Both the position numbers and the translations under genes were made by a program. Shown one piece after another: positions 32,816 to 42,947 of a stretch of 64,000 nt of DNA. Source of the stretch: Carpediemonas membranifera BICM (taxonomy: Eukaryota > Protista > Fornicata); contig JAHDYR010000012.1 of the NCBI GenBank assembly GCA_019828565.1, forward strand, positions 992,001 to 1,056,000, written 5' to 3'. The stretch's first letter is position 1, and each line of letters begins with the position of its first letter. The notes beneath the pieces are model-generated. The model was not told where the DNA came from, did not search any database, and saw only the letters and a list, made by a program, of their open reading frames with translations.

Positions 32816-33544
32816 ATGGACGAACAGGAGACTGAGAAGAACAAGGTGATAGAGCGGTGGGCAACAGTGTCTGTTTCCGCAGAAAATATCCAAATGCTGC
32901 TCGATAAGCTCGGTTATGCGCAGTTCAGGCTGCAGCGCATCTATTCTTTTGACATTCTGCCTAGTGTGCCGGTGCATGCAATTTTATACATTAACGAGCA
33001 TGTGGTGAACCCATATATCGACAAGAACTTACCAGAAGCGGATCCTCCGCGCCTGCACTTCCACGCTGTGGCCCCTGCCACAGTTCCGATGCTGGCAGCC
33101 TTGACCATCGCCTTTAACTGCTCAAGTGATGTCCCCGAGGACCTGCGGGAGGTATACAATGACATTAAGGAGCAAAGCTCGGTGGAAAGAGGTGTTACCG
33201 TTGCTGGTGATGAGGCACTAAAGGCTTGCCACAATAGCCTCCCCCCGACTACAACTCCACAGTTCGCGACGTGGACCATTGTACTACCCGACGAAAACGG
33301 GGTCACGAGTCTGAAAAGCACTGCCGACGTCCCAATCACGGCCGTGTCGGGCAAGGCATGGCCGCAGTCGGCAGAGGACGCTCTTGACGAGATCCCGGTC
33401 TGCCTGGAGAACGACATGCCGTTCGCAGTGTACGCTGTGGTACCAAAGGGTGTGGGGCCCCTGGGTCTGGCCGCAGACGCCGCCGTCCAAGCGCACGACT
33501 ACACGAACTTTATCCGGGCCTGGCTTGAGGCACAGGGTGTGTGA
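32816..33544 (+). CDS. Divergent UCH37/UCHL5-like ubiquitin C-terminal hydrolase, probably catalytically dead
   Basis: W....S......LLDKLG, PVHAILYI, SSVERG, ACHNS, PFAVYAVVP and ULD-like HDYTNFIRAWL follow the UCH layout. Catalytic Cys/His/Asp motifs are not seen. Confidence 0.6.
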   Translation: MDEQETEKNKVIERWATVSVSAENIQMLLDKLGYAQFRLQRIYSFDILPSVPVHAILYINEHVVNPYIDKNLPEADPPRLHFHAVAPATVPMLAALTIAFNCSSDVPEDLREVYNDIKEQSSVERGVTVAGDEALKACHNSLPPTTTPQFATWTIVLPDENGVTSLKSTADVPITAVSGKAWPQSAEDALDEIPVCLENDMPFAVYAVVPKGVGPLGLAADAAVQAHDYTNFIRAWLEAQGV

Positions 33545-33677
33545 GGGCGGTGTGATGCCACGGTAAATCGAACAGTGCCAGTGGGGGTGGGGCAGGAGCA
33601 GGCGGCGATGGTGTTGGGCCGAGCTCAGGGCCGTTACATGCAAAGTAAATGCAGCCTTGACAAGCACAACGGATTGA

Positions 33678-34474
33678 ATGAGCGGTAACGAAGCGTCTGC
33701 TGCTCCATTTAGCATGAAGCGATGGAAAGAGAGTATGAATGACCTAGTTATTCGCCAAGAGTATGTTTTTCGGCGGTTCAATCACACAGCGACCTTGATA
33801 AGCTGATTCTGGACTACCTCGTTGTAGAGGGATACGCAGACGTTGCAAGGACCTTTGCGAGCGAAGCTAAGGGCTGTGGAGAGATCATAGACCCGACGCT
33901 GGACGCCCGCTCGGCCATCCGCGAGGCGATTGAGCAGGGTCGCATCGAGGAGGCGATGGACCGCATCAACGACTACGATCCAGCCATTATAGACGCCTCC
34001 CCGCTTGTAGTGTTCAAGCTGCAGCAACTACGGCTGATCGGGATGATCCGGGATGGCCGAGGCGATGAGGCGATATCGTTTGCACAGACACACATGGCAA
34101 CGCACGGGAAGGCGAACCCCGAGCTGCTGCCCGCCATGGAGGAGACCATCGCGCTGCTGGCGTTCCCGTCACTGGACGACTGCCCGCTGAAGGGCATCCT
34201 GAGCGGGGCGTTCCGTGAGGAGGTTGCCAGCCTCGTCAACTCGATTATCCTCCGAACGCAGTACCGCGAGAGCGAGTCCAAGCTCGAGTACCTCATGAAG
34301 GTCCTCGTGTGGGGCCAGACGGAGCTGTCGAAGCGCGCCTCCTTCCCCAAGATCGAGAACCTCACCACCGGCGAGCTCGTCGACCCGAGCGACCAGCGTC
34401 GGGGCACCGAGTCCGAGGACACCGAGATGCAGGCCCAGGCGGACCTCACGCGGTCGTTCGCCCACTGGGTCTGA
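33678..34474 (+). CDS. GID8: GID8/TWA1 (LisH-CTLH-CRA) subunit of the GID/CTLH ubiquitin ligase, 2 exons (intron 33761-33789)
   Basis: After removing a 29-nt GTATGT...TCACACAG intron: WKESMNDLVIRQDDLDKLILDYLVVEGY, then FKLQQLRLI, MEETIALLAF, REEVASLVNSIIL. Confidence 0.9.
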
Positions 34475-34572
34475 GCGATATTGTACATAAACCGCACCGC
34501 CTGCAGACGGGACGGAGACAGTGTGCTCAGACTTCATTTCGATGGTGCAGGTTAAGGGCAGAATTGACGAGG

Positions 34573-35058
34573 ATGGCACCAACACCGCTTGCCGCGACGT
34601 CTACAATCGTACTGCACAATGAAATGTTGCAATATACCTTAGAAAAGTACCCAGACAGTGCAATTGAGCGTGTAGAGCAAATGGGTTTCAGCATAGGCCT
34701 TCGTCTTGTCGAAAGACTCGCGCTTGCCTCCACCAGGCCACTTTTAGGGAAAGCAAATGACGTGGTTATGTTCATATGCAAGGATTTCTGGACTGCTGCG
34801 TTCGGGCGACAGGCGACGAACCTCCGCCAGCAGAGAGGGGTGTTCTACATCACGGACAACGCGTTCCCCTGGATCATCAACGTCTCAAGGGGCGGTCCGA
34901 AGGATGCTGCGGAAAGCACACTTCGTAGCCTCATTCTCTCGTTCGCCAGCGCCGTCATTGGCGGCGCGCTTTCGTCCCTCGGGGCCGTCGGGTCGGTCGT
35001 CCCAAACGCCCACGGTGACCAGGTTGAGTTCACTGTGACAGGCCAGTTCATGGCCTGA
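34573..35058 (+). CDS. TRAPPC6: TRAPP complex subunit 6 (Trs33)
   Basis: EQMGFSIGLRLVERL, FICKDFWTAAFGRQATNLR, GVFYITDNAFPW. Confidence 0.9.
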   Translation: MAPTPLAATSTIVLHNEMLQYTLEKYPDSAIERVEQMGFSIGLRLVERLALASTRPLLGKANDVVMFICKDFWTAAFGRQATNLRQQRGVFYITDNAFPWIINVSRGGPKDAAESTLRSLILSFASAVIGGALSSLGAVGSVVPNAHGDQVEFTVTGQFMA

Positions 35059-35256
35059 GCCTGTCGCCCCTGTAGTAAAGCCCTGCTCATCCATTGTCTG
35101 TAGTTCCTCCAGCGCCAGACTTGGCTGGAGAAACAATGACCTGGGAGACACATTGTGGCAGTATGCACACGCAGCGCTTGTCTCGGTGGCCATGACGGAT
35201 GTGCAGGTTAAGGTCAACTGCTCGTCATCGCAGCTGTAGCGAAACGACGCGCTAAA

Positions 35257-35913
35257 ATGGATCAAGGAACATCACACGCGGCATCAATTAACCCACAAAA
35301 CCTTCAACGCTTCAAGGTTGTCTTTTTAGGTGACCAGGCAACGGGGAAAACCTCGATTGTGCAGCGCTTTCTGAATAACACATTCGCAGGTGATCAGGAG
35401 AATGGATACGCACCTACTGTTGGCATTGACTTCATCACAAAGACTATTTTCCTCGAGGACCGTACAGTGCGGCTTCAGCTGTGGGACACTGCTGGAATGG
35501 AGCGTTTCCGGGCGCTGGTTCCGACATACATCCGCGACTCGTCTATTGCGATCGTAGTATTCGACCTGACCGATCGGCGTTCCTTCCTCTCCATCCCCCA
35601 CTGGATGGGAGAGATCGAGAGGGAGCGCGGCGGCGACATCGCCACCTTCCTCGTCGGGAACAAGCTCGACCTCGAGTCTGCACGGGCAGTGTCCGAGGAA
35701 GAGGGCCAGCAGGAGGCCGAGAAGCACGGCGCTTCGTACGTTGAAACGAGCGCAAAGACTGGCGCCAACATCAAGGCTCTCTTCCGGAACGTCAGTCTCA
35801 GCCTGCCCGGCGTCCACAACGGGGCGGGGGCCACCCAGATGGGGCCGCAGCGCATGGACCAGAACTTGCTCTTCCGGCAGCCCGAGCCAGCCGAGAGCGG
35901 GTGCGCATGCTGA
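35257..35913 (+). CDS. RAB6: Rab6-like small GTPase
   Basis: FKVVFLGDQATGKTS, TVGIDF, LEDRTVRLQLWDTAG, YIRDS, NKLD, ETSAK, C-terminal CAC prenylation motif. Confidence 0.9.
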   Translation: MDQGTSHAASINPQNLQRFKVVFLGDQATGKTSIVQRFLNNTFAGDQENGYAPTVGIDFITKTIFLEDRTVRLQLWDTAGMERFRALVPTYIRDSSIAIVVFDLTDRRSFLSIPHWMGEIERERGGDIATFLVGNKLDLESARAVSEEEGQQEAEKHGASYVETSAKTGANIKALFRNVSLSLPGVHNGAGATQMGPQRMDQNLLFRQPEPAESGCAC

Positions 35914-36031
35914 GGCATCGCGGCGGTTTCTTAAATTACTCTCGTTTCGGTCTGACTTTGTGCCCTCACGGATTGCCATGGCCCCGCAGTCTACAGTGCG
36001 CTGAGCGGCCCGAGGTCAGAGCAGCGAACGG

Positions 36032-38617
36032 ATGTCCGCCAGACGATGGATGAGCAACAGAGGGAACACAGATGCGAACACACTGAGGGGATTCACGGTC
36101 TCCACAGTGAATGTGGACGATTACGAATCAATGGTGGCCACATCGCTTGACGCCAACTCGGAAAAACAGTATTTGGACGTAGTGGAGGTATCAAGGACAA
36201 GAATAAGACAATTGCTGAAGGAAATAGGACGCGTAGGCATTAGTGATACAGACCGGCGAGCAAAGACTCTCGAAATCAAGAGTCTCGAACGAAAGATCGA
36301 TCGCACGTTGAAGGCAAGGGCGGCTAGACGCAAGCTCAAGCAGCGCGGGCTCGACACCCACCTGTTCCACGACACGAGGGACCCGCTGGACGGGCTGGAC
36401 CTGAACCGCCTGTTCCCCGCGGCCAGGGCTGTCAACGCGGCCGCGTTCCACCCCCCCACAGACGATGAGATCGCCGCAGCATTTGAGGATGCTGCCGGTG
36501 ATGTACCTCGCAGCCAGGACCCCGCCGAGGACGAGGAGGGCGTGGAGACGCTCGGGGCCCGCTTCACGGGCGTCCGGTTCGACCCGGCCCTGCCACCCGA
36601 GAGCATCGCAGACGGCCTGATGGCGCCCTACCCATGGCACGCGCTGCTACCGTACCAGCAGCAGGGCGTGCAGTGGCTGGCCTCGCTGTACGCCCGCGGG
36701 GTGGGCGGCATTCTCGGCGACGCCATGGGGCTCGGGAAAACGGTGCAGGTCGCTGTATTCCTGGCGGCACTACACATCTCGGGTCAGCTGGGGCCCACCC
36801 TCGTCGTGTGCCCGCTGAGTGTGCTTGGCACGTGGGTTCGATCGCTCCGGACCTGGTGGGCCCCACTACGAGTGTCCGTGCTCCACAGGTCCGCGGGCAT
36901 GGCCGCCGAGGAGACGCTGGAGGCGTTCAGCGACCAGCATGTGCTCGTGACGACGTACGACGGCATGAAGCAGCACCACGGGGCGCTGAGGGCGGTGTCG
37001 TGGGCCTACATGGTGCTCGACGAGGGGCACGTCATCCGGAACCCCGACGCCCTCGTGACGCGGGTCGCCAAGTCGTTCAACGTCCACCGTCGCCTTGTCA
37101 TGACGGGCACGCCCATCCAGAACGGACTCGATGAGCTGTGGTCTCTCATCGACTTCGTCTACCCCGGGCGTCTGGGGACCCTGCCCGTGTTCCGCGGGGA
37201 GTTCCAGGTCCCCATTCGGGCCGGCACGTTCGCCAGCGCGACCGCGGTCCAGATCGAGTGTGCCAGGGCATGCTCAGTGGCGCTGCAGAGCCTCGTCCGG
37301 CCCCTGCTGCTACGCCGGACCAAGGCCATCGTCAAGTCAGAGTTGCCGGTGAAGTCCGAGAAGCTGATGTTCCTGAAGCTCAGCCCCCTGCAGGAGTCGC
37401 TGTACCGCACGTTCCTCGGCACTGAGCCCATCCTGGCGCTCAAGGCGGGGCGGCCGTCGGGAACCCACCTCTACGCCGCAGTCAACGTCCTGCGGCAGAT
37501 CTGCAGGCACCCAGACACGCTGTCGGACGAGGTGGCGGCGCGACTGGGCTATCATATCGGGGCGGATCGGGGCTTCGGCGACATCCAGAAGTCGACCAAG
37601 GTTCAGGCCCTGTTCGCCTTGATGGGGAAGTGGCGGCAGCGGGGCGACCGGGTTCTGGTGTTTATGCAGTCCGTGACTATGCTGGACATCGTCGAGCAGG
37701 CCCTGGTGCAGCATGAGTATTCGTATCGAAGGATTGACGGGTCAACGCCGGTTAACAAGAGGAATGAGTACATTGACGAGTTCAACGCGCAGCCGCCCGG
37801 CGCCCAGGACATCTTCGCGTTCATCCTGACGACGCGGTCGTGCGGGGTGGGAGTCAACCTGCTTGGTGCCAACAAGGTGGTCATCCTATCGCCCGACTGG
37901 AACCCCCAGGTCGACGAGCAGGCCCGGGACAGGTGCTGGCGGCTTGGGCAATCGCGGCAGGTTACTGTGATCCGTTTTGTGTGCCGGGGAACCATCGAAC
38001 ACCGCATCATTGAGAAGCAGTCGTTCAAGAAGGTCATCGCCGAGCGTGTGCTCGCCCGGCCCGACGCCACGTCGACTATTGAGACGTCCAGCGTCAAGCA
38101 GCTGCTCACCCTCGACATCGACAGCGTCACGGTCGCCGAGGCCGCGAAGTCGTCTCTCGGTGGCCGGACGAAGGCCATCAAGCGGCGGGCCGGGCCCGAC
38201 GAGGACGACTTCCTCGGGCTCGAGGGCATGGGCAGGGCCGACAAGACGCAGCCTCTGAGCACATTCTCGGTGGAGATCGCCAGGGACGCCGTCCAGACCC
38301 TCAGCGCGTCCGTGGCAGACGCCCAGAGCCAGGCTGGGTCTAGCGCGGCCATCCTGCAGGCGTTCGGGGCCCCGCAGACCGACGACGGCGCGGTGACAAT
38401 CGAGGTGACCGGCAGCCTGGTCAGCGAGGCCGCCATGGACGCCATCGACGCCTACCTGCTGCGGGAAACACAGCAGCGGGGCGGTGCGACCAGGGACGCT
38501 GTGATCGACGCCATGTCCATCCCGCGGACTCCGCCGGAGCTGGGGCGGCTGGACGAGCTGCTGGCGATGTTCGGGTTCTATGACGAGGAGCAGGAGCTGT
38601 GGGTCCACAGCGGGTGA
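36032..38617 (+). CDS. ERCC6: ERCC6/CSB/Rad26 SNF2-family ATPase
   Basis: GGILGDAMGLGKT, LDEGHVIRNPDA, WSLIDFVYPGRLGTLPVF, PDWNPQVDEQARDRCWRLGQ. Confidence 0.92.
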   Translation: MSARRWMSNRGNTDANTLRGFTVSTVNVDDYESMVATSLDANSEKQYLDVVEVSRTRIRQLLKEIGRVGISDTDRRAKTLEIKSLERKIDRTLKARAARRKLKQRGLDTHLFHDTRDPLDGLDLNRLFPAARAVNAAAFHPPTDDEIAAAFEDAAGDVPRSQDPAEDEEGVETLGARFTGVRFDPALPPESIADGLMAPYPWHALLPYQQQGVQWLASLYARGVGGILGDAMGLGKTVQVAVFLAALHISGQLGPTLVVCPLSVLGTWVRSLRTWWAPLRVSVLHRSAGMAAEETLEAFSDQHVLVTTYDGMKQHHGALRAVSWAYMVLDEGHVIRNPDALVTRVAKSFNVHRRLVMTGTPIQNGLDELWSLIDFVYPGRLGTLPVFRGEFQVPIRAGTFASATAVQIECARACSVALQSLVRPLLLRRTKAIVKSELPVKSEKLMFLKLSPLQESLYRTFLGTEPILALKAGRPSGTHLYAAVNVLRQICRHPDTLSDEVAARLGYHIGADRGFGDIQKSTKVQALFALMGKWRQRGDRVLVFMQSVTMLDIVEQALVQHEYSYRRIDGSTPVNKRNEYIDEFNAQPPGAQDIFAFILTTRSCGVGVNLLGANKVVILSPDWNPQVDEQARDRCWRLGQSRQVTVIRFVCRGTIEHRIIEKQSFKKVIAERVLARPDATSTIETSSVKQLLTLDIDSVTVAEAAKSSLGGRTKAIKRRAGPDEDDFLGLEGMGRADKTQPLSTFSVEIARDAVQTLSASVADAQSQAGSSAAILQAFGAPQTDDGAVTIEVTGSLVSEAAMDAIDAYLLRETQQRGGATRDAVIDAMSIPRTPPELGRLDELLAMFGFYDEEQELWVHSG

Positions 38618-38879
38618 TGGCGCGACAGACCAGACATTAAAAACGGCGGCGAGGAGCAGTTGCATGGGAATCGGGTGATTGGGTCGTCGGTTTCTTATTG
38701 CAGATGTCTCATGGAAAATGAAGAGAAGGCGAAGAATGGGCGCAGGCCAGGCCTGATGGCATCAGGTAGAAGATACGATAAGATCCAGACAGGCGATATC
38801 CGATTGATAAAGTAGGTATGAGTCACTCACCTGCGGCCTAACCTGCCTGGAACACTCATCATTTCCAACCAACCAACGC

Positions 38880-40263
38880 ATGCGAATCGTTTTGGCAGTA
38901 TTCTTTTTGTCGCTTGTCATTGCTGCGTTTGCTACTGATGCTTTTGCTTCCGATTTCTCTTCCGAACCTGCTTCGAACAAATTTTCCGATGCAGAGGCCG
39001 AAGCCATCGTTTCCAGCGTGAACAGTGAGAACGGAATGAATCCTGTGATCATTGTGCCTGGTCTTTTTGGGTCCCAGCTGGAATGGCGGCTGAAGAAGGC
39101 GGAGCACTCGCCGCATTTCATCTGTAAGAAAGACACGCACGACTCATGGGACTCCTTCTGGATCGCTGTCCACGACTTCCTGCCCCTCGAGATCGACTGC
39201 TGGCTGGAGAACATGAAGCTGGAGCTCCAGCCCAACGGCGTCTCAACGGACCGCCCCGGCGTCACCTCCCGCCCCCGCTTCTGGCCGAGCACGAAGGGCG
39301 TGGAATATCTGGATGACGTTGTCGGCATCGAGATCATTGCTCAGTACGCGCACAACTTCCTCGAGCTGCTCCGCAAGGCCGGCTACGAGGATGGCCGCGA
39401 CATTTTTGCCCACTCGTTCGACTTCCGCCACTCGCCCCTGAACTACTACCAGCCAGGCGGGGAGTTCGATGACTTCTACCGTCTCGTCGAGTTCGTCTTC
39501 CCTTCTCCTTTTACCCAGATACTCGTACAAGCTGAACGGCGCCCCCGCCATCCTCGTGACCCACTCGATGGGCTCCCTGCACGCCGTGGCCGCTCTGGCA
39601 CAAAAGGATGACGCCTGGAAGGCCAAACACATTGAGCGCCTTATCACGGCTGGCGCACCGTACGGGGGAGCCCCGCAGATGGCCGGCGCCATGCTCAACG
39701 TCAAGGAGTTCACGCTCCTGCCTCCCTGGGCCAAGGAGAAGGACTTCACCCCCGCGGCGATGACGTGGTGCGGTGTGGGCTGGCTGGCCCCAGACCCGGA
39801 GCTCCTGTCGGACCCCCAGCAGACCCTCGTGACGGCCCACGGCAAGAAGTACTCGTACGGTGAGGTAGAGGCGCTCATGGGCGACATCAAGAACGGCATG
39901 ATGGCGCAGTGCTACCACCAGACGAGAGGACTCTTCACAGACAAGTGTCCGACCAAGGACTGCGAGCCCGGCGTCCGCACCCAGGTCTTCTACGGCAAGG
40001 ACATCAAGACGGAGAAGGAGTATGAGATCACCAAGGGCTACGGCGAGTCGTTCGAGCACATTGAGGCTAAGGTCGTTGCCTACCAGCCCGGCGACGGCAC
40101 TGTGCCGCTGGATTCGTCGACTACGCTCCCCAAGCGGTGGATGGCGACGGGGAACAACGGCAAGCGCATCGCCATGGCCGAGATTCCCAATTGTAAGCAC
40201 GAGGACCTTCTGAAGGGCAAGGTCGGAGCGGAGACCATCTTCAAGGCCATGTTCACTGTCTAG
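38880..40263 (+). CDS. LCAT/PLA2G15-family lysophospholipase with signal peptide, 2 exons (intron 39491-39518)
   Basis: PVIIVPGLFGSQLE, DCW, DFR, THSMG nucleophile motif, GDGTVPLDS, HEDLL. A 28-nt GTTCGT...TTACCCAG intron joins two ORFs. Confidence 0.9.
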
Positions 40264-40662
40264 ACCCGTAAATATACCATGGTAGAGAAGGCTAGCGGCG
40301 TTGACTGGGTCGACCCAGTTTCGCACTTTAGCCAACGCGAAACTGTGCAATTGAAGGGTCGAACAATGTGTTTATACTGCGCAACACTGCCCTGTCTCCC
40401 TCCTACTCACGTCTTAAGTCGGTAGGGAGATCGTCTTCTCCAGGGCTTCCACAAAGCGTCTTCTTCGTGGACGTCAGCACAGCTGCAAACATCACAATCG
40501 CTCACACGTCGTCTCATTGTCTTCTATTCCACATTAAATTCACTTCTACACTTGTATAGGCTGGTAATGGTGTTCATCGTCGCGACGCATGCTCATGGCT
40601 CATCGTCAGCTCTTGTGTCATCTTCATCTATGACACGCTCCACAACTGTAGTGCGCAACAAG

Positions 40663-41882
40663 ATGGAGATATATACGATCAAAGCCTCCATCAAGCAAGC
40701 TTTCAGACAAAAACTACAGAACGGAGTGGGGGATTACGCCGCAGCAAAATATCTCGACTCATGCCTGCTGGCCCGGCTCGCGGTTGAATGCTATGCGCAG
40801 CGCCGGCAACTCCCCCTACATGACGCCGACTTCCACAAAGGACTGCTCACTCATCTACTCGGCGGTCATCCGGGTCAGGCCTACGCGGCCATCGTGCAGT
40901 CGCTCGACACTCTGCCGATGTGGCATGAGCCTACCACGCAGGATCTGGTCGCGCAGCTCGAAGGTCGTGCGGAGTCGCATGGAGTGAGTCCCAGTCTCCG
41001 GAAGTGGTTCACCCGATACGCCAACGCTATGAAGCTGTGGCTCGCCCGCGCCGGATCCTGATGCCCACCTCATGGGGTTCGACCCGGGCGCGAGGTCCAT
41101 CGGAGGGTATTACATCAGGCACCCCGATGGCACCACCAGCTCCGGCGTCCTTCCAAAGTGCGGATACACTAAGACGCCAAGTTTCGGCTTTGATATGACG
41201 GCCGCGTCGTTCAAGAGCACAAGACTAGTGAGTATCAACAACTCTATTAGGTTTGTGCTGGACAACGCGAACGACATTTTCGAGGCTGGAATGCGTAAGT
41301 CTTTCCGCCGAGTGCGCTTTGCGAACCACATCCTTCGCCAGAAGCACTTCGCCCGCTGCGGCCAACAGTTGGCTCGGGAGTTCGGTCGCCACCATCCCAT
41401 CGCCACCCCCATTCGCCTGAAAGTCTTCTACGGGAGCTCGGGATTCACCACGCCTGCTGGTATGTTCATTCCTTGCGCGCCATATCGAAAGTTCGCGAGA
41501 GAGATAGTTCCCCTTCTCAAGGGGTATAACAATGTCGTCGATCTTAACATGGTTAACGAGGATCGCACCACCGTCGTCTGCCCTCACTGCCACGCCCCCT
41601 ACAAGCGAGTTCGTCCGCGTGATGACCAGCACGTTCACCCACATCGTGTGATGCTCTGCGAATCCACAGTGCCGTGGTGCTCAGTGGCGCGCAACAGTTC
41701 CTGATGCTCTGAATGTTGATCATCGGGACAAGAGTGCTGCAGAGAACATCCTGTGGCGTTCTCTTGCCACGGAAGATGAGCTCAGTGGCTCTCCATTCAG
41801 TCGCACATCGATCCCGCGCCTTCCAACATCATTCCAGCATCATCAATTGGCTAACCGCCAACATTCGTCTACGGACGGATGA
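40663..41882 (+). pseudogene. Fanzor1 (TnpB-like RuvC RNA-guided nuclease) pseudogene
   Basis: Three frames. RuvC-I MGFDPG (D at 41081), VFYGSSGF, RuvC-II/Zn NEDRTTVVCPHC (E at 41558), RuvC-III HRDKSAAENIL (D at 41727, shifted frame). Confidence 0.88.
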
Positions 41883-41961
41883 TGTTGTAGTTTGGCACTT
41901 TGATCGTTCCTTTCAGGCCTTGTCTGGGAGGTTCGAAAAAATGTGTTTACACTGCGCAACA
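41847..41961 (+). ncRNA. Putative omega-RNA scaffold plus guide of element 1
   Basis: Hairpins TTGGC-TAACC-GCCAA, CAACATTCGTC-TACG-GACGGATGATGTTG (C-UACG-G tetraloop) and CCTTTCAGGC-CTT-GTCTGGGAGG (three G-U pairs), at the ORF 3' end. Confidence 0.55.
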
Positions 41962-41989
41962 GAAGCGTCATTTCGTCAACAATTCCGAA

Positions 41990-42907
41990 ATGAGCACCGA
42001 AGAGGATACAGCGGATGTTCCACTTCGCGCACCGTCCGTAAAGGTGCTGACATCGACAAAGGCTTGCAAGCTCACGCCCAAGAAGGGCGAAAGCGAAGTT
42101 CAACCAGGTGATGTGACCCATATATTCCTGAGCAAGGGCAACTACCAGGCGTTGGATAATACACTCGGTGCATTCAGAGCGCTTATTGTGCTGGAGGTGC
42201 GGTTTAATCAGCTGACGACGATCTCTGGCTTCAGGGCGGCCTCTGTCGAGCGGCTGCACGTCGACCACAACGAGCTGACGTCTCTGGACTTCCTCAGTTG
42301 CTTCCCCAACCTCAAGGCGCTCTATGCAGACTACAACCGCATCACTGTGGGACCGAACGCGTTTGTCGCCTGCAAGCACCTCGAGAGCATCAATCTAGGC
42401 TACCAGGAGACGGTACAGCCCGTGTTCCACGCGGATTCGTTCGAGGGCTTGTTGAACCTGGATGACCTGGCCATCCCCGGCAACCGGCTGACCGACCTCG
42501 CGTTCCTTGCGCCACTGTCCTCGGCCAAGCGGCTCATCGTCTCCGACAACCACCTCGAGAGCCTGGAGATCTTCACACTGGGTTCGCCAGCACCGAAGCC
42601 GCCCCAGCTATCCGTGACGGAGCTGAAGATGGAGCGAACGCCCATCAGCCGGAGTCCTCAGCTGCCCCAGATGGCCGTGTACTACTGGGACGTCACCGAG
42701 CTCAACGGGAACTCACTCACACCCTTCCAGACCCGCTTCCTGCGGGCCAAGCAGGGTAGGGTCCTCGGGGTGGTCCAGTCAACCACCGCGCCGAGCCCGG
42801 AGGTCGCCCGGCGAAAGGAGGCCGTCGCCCGTGATCAGAGGCTGCGGCTTGGCGGCTGGACGAACTCGGGTAACGCGAGACCGGGAGTGGTCCGGTCCAT
42901 GAAGTGA
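41990..42907 (+). CDS. Leucine-rich repeat protein (PPP1R42/LRRC67-like)
   Basis: Repeated LxxLxxxxNxL units (LEVRFNQLTTISG, LHVDHNELTSL, LYADYNRIT, LAIPGNRLTDL) and an LRR cap. Confidence 0.8.
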   Translation: MSTEEDTADVPLRAPSVKVLTSTKACKLTPKKGESEVQPGDVTHIFLSKGNYQALDNTLGAFRALIVLEVRFNQLTTISGFRAASVERLHVDHNELTSLDFLSCFPNLKALYADYNRITVGPNAFVACKHLESINLGYQETVQPVFHADSFEGLLNLDDLAIPGNRLTDLAFLAPLSSAKRLIVSDNHLESLEIFTLGSPAPKPPQLSVTELKMERTPISRSPQLPQMAVYYWDVTELNGNSLTPFQTRFLRAKQGRVLGVVQSTTAPSPEVARRKEAVARDQRLRLGGWTNSGNARPGVVRSMK

Positions 42908-42947
42908 TTTACGTGTGTTTCCTTGATAACAAATATCGGAATAAACC

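Larger units (their letters stand above)
40355..41961 (+). mobile_element. Fanzor1 element 1, internally deleted, bounded by imperfect direct repeats
   Basis: AGGGTCGAACAATGTGTTTATACTGCGCAACA (40355-40386) vs AGGTTCGAAAAAATGTGTTTACACTGCGCAACA (41929-41961); the 22-nt core is 21/22 identical. The interior is homologous to 49379-51552. Confidence 0.8.
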
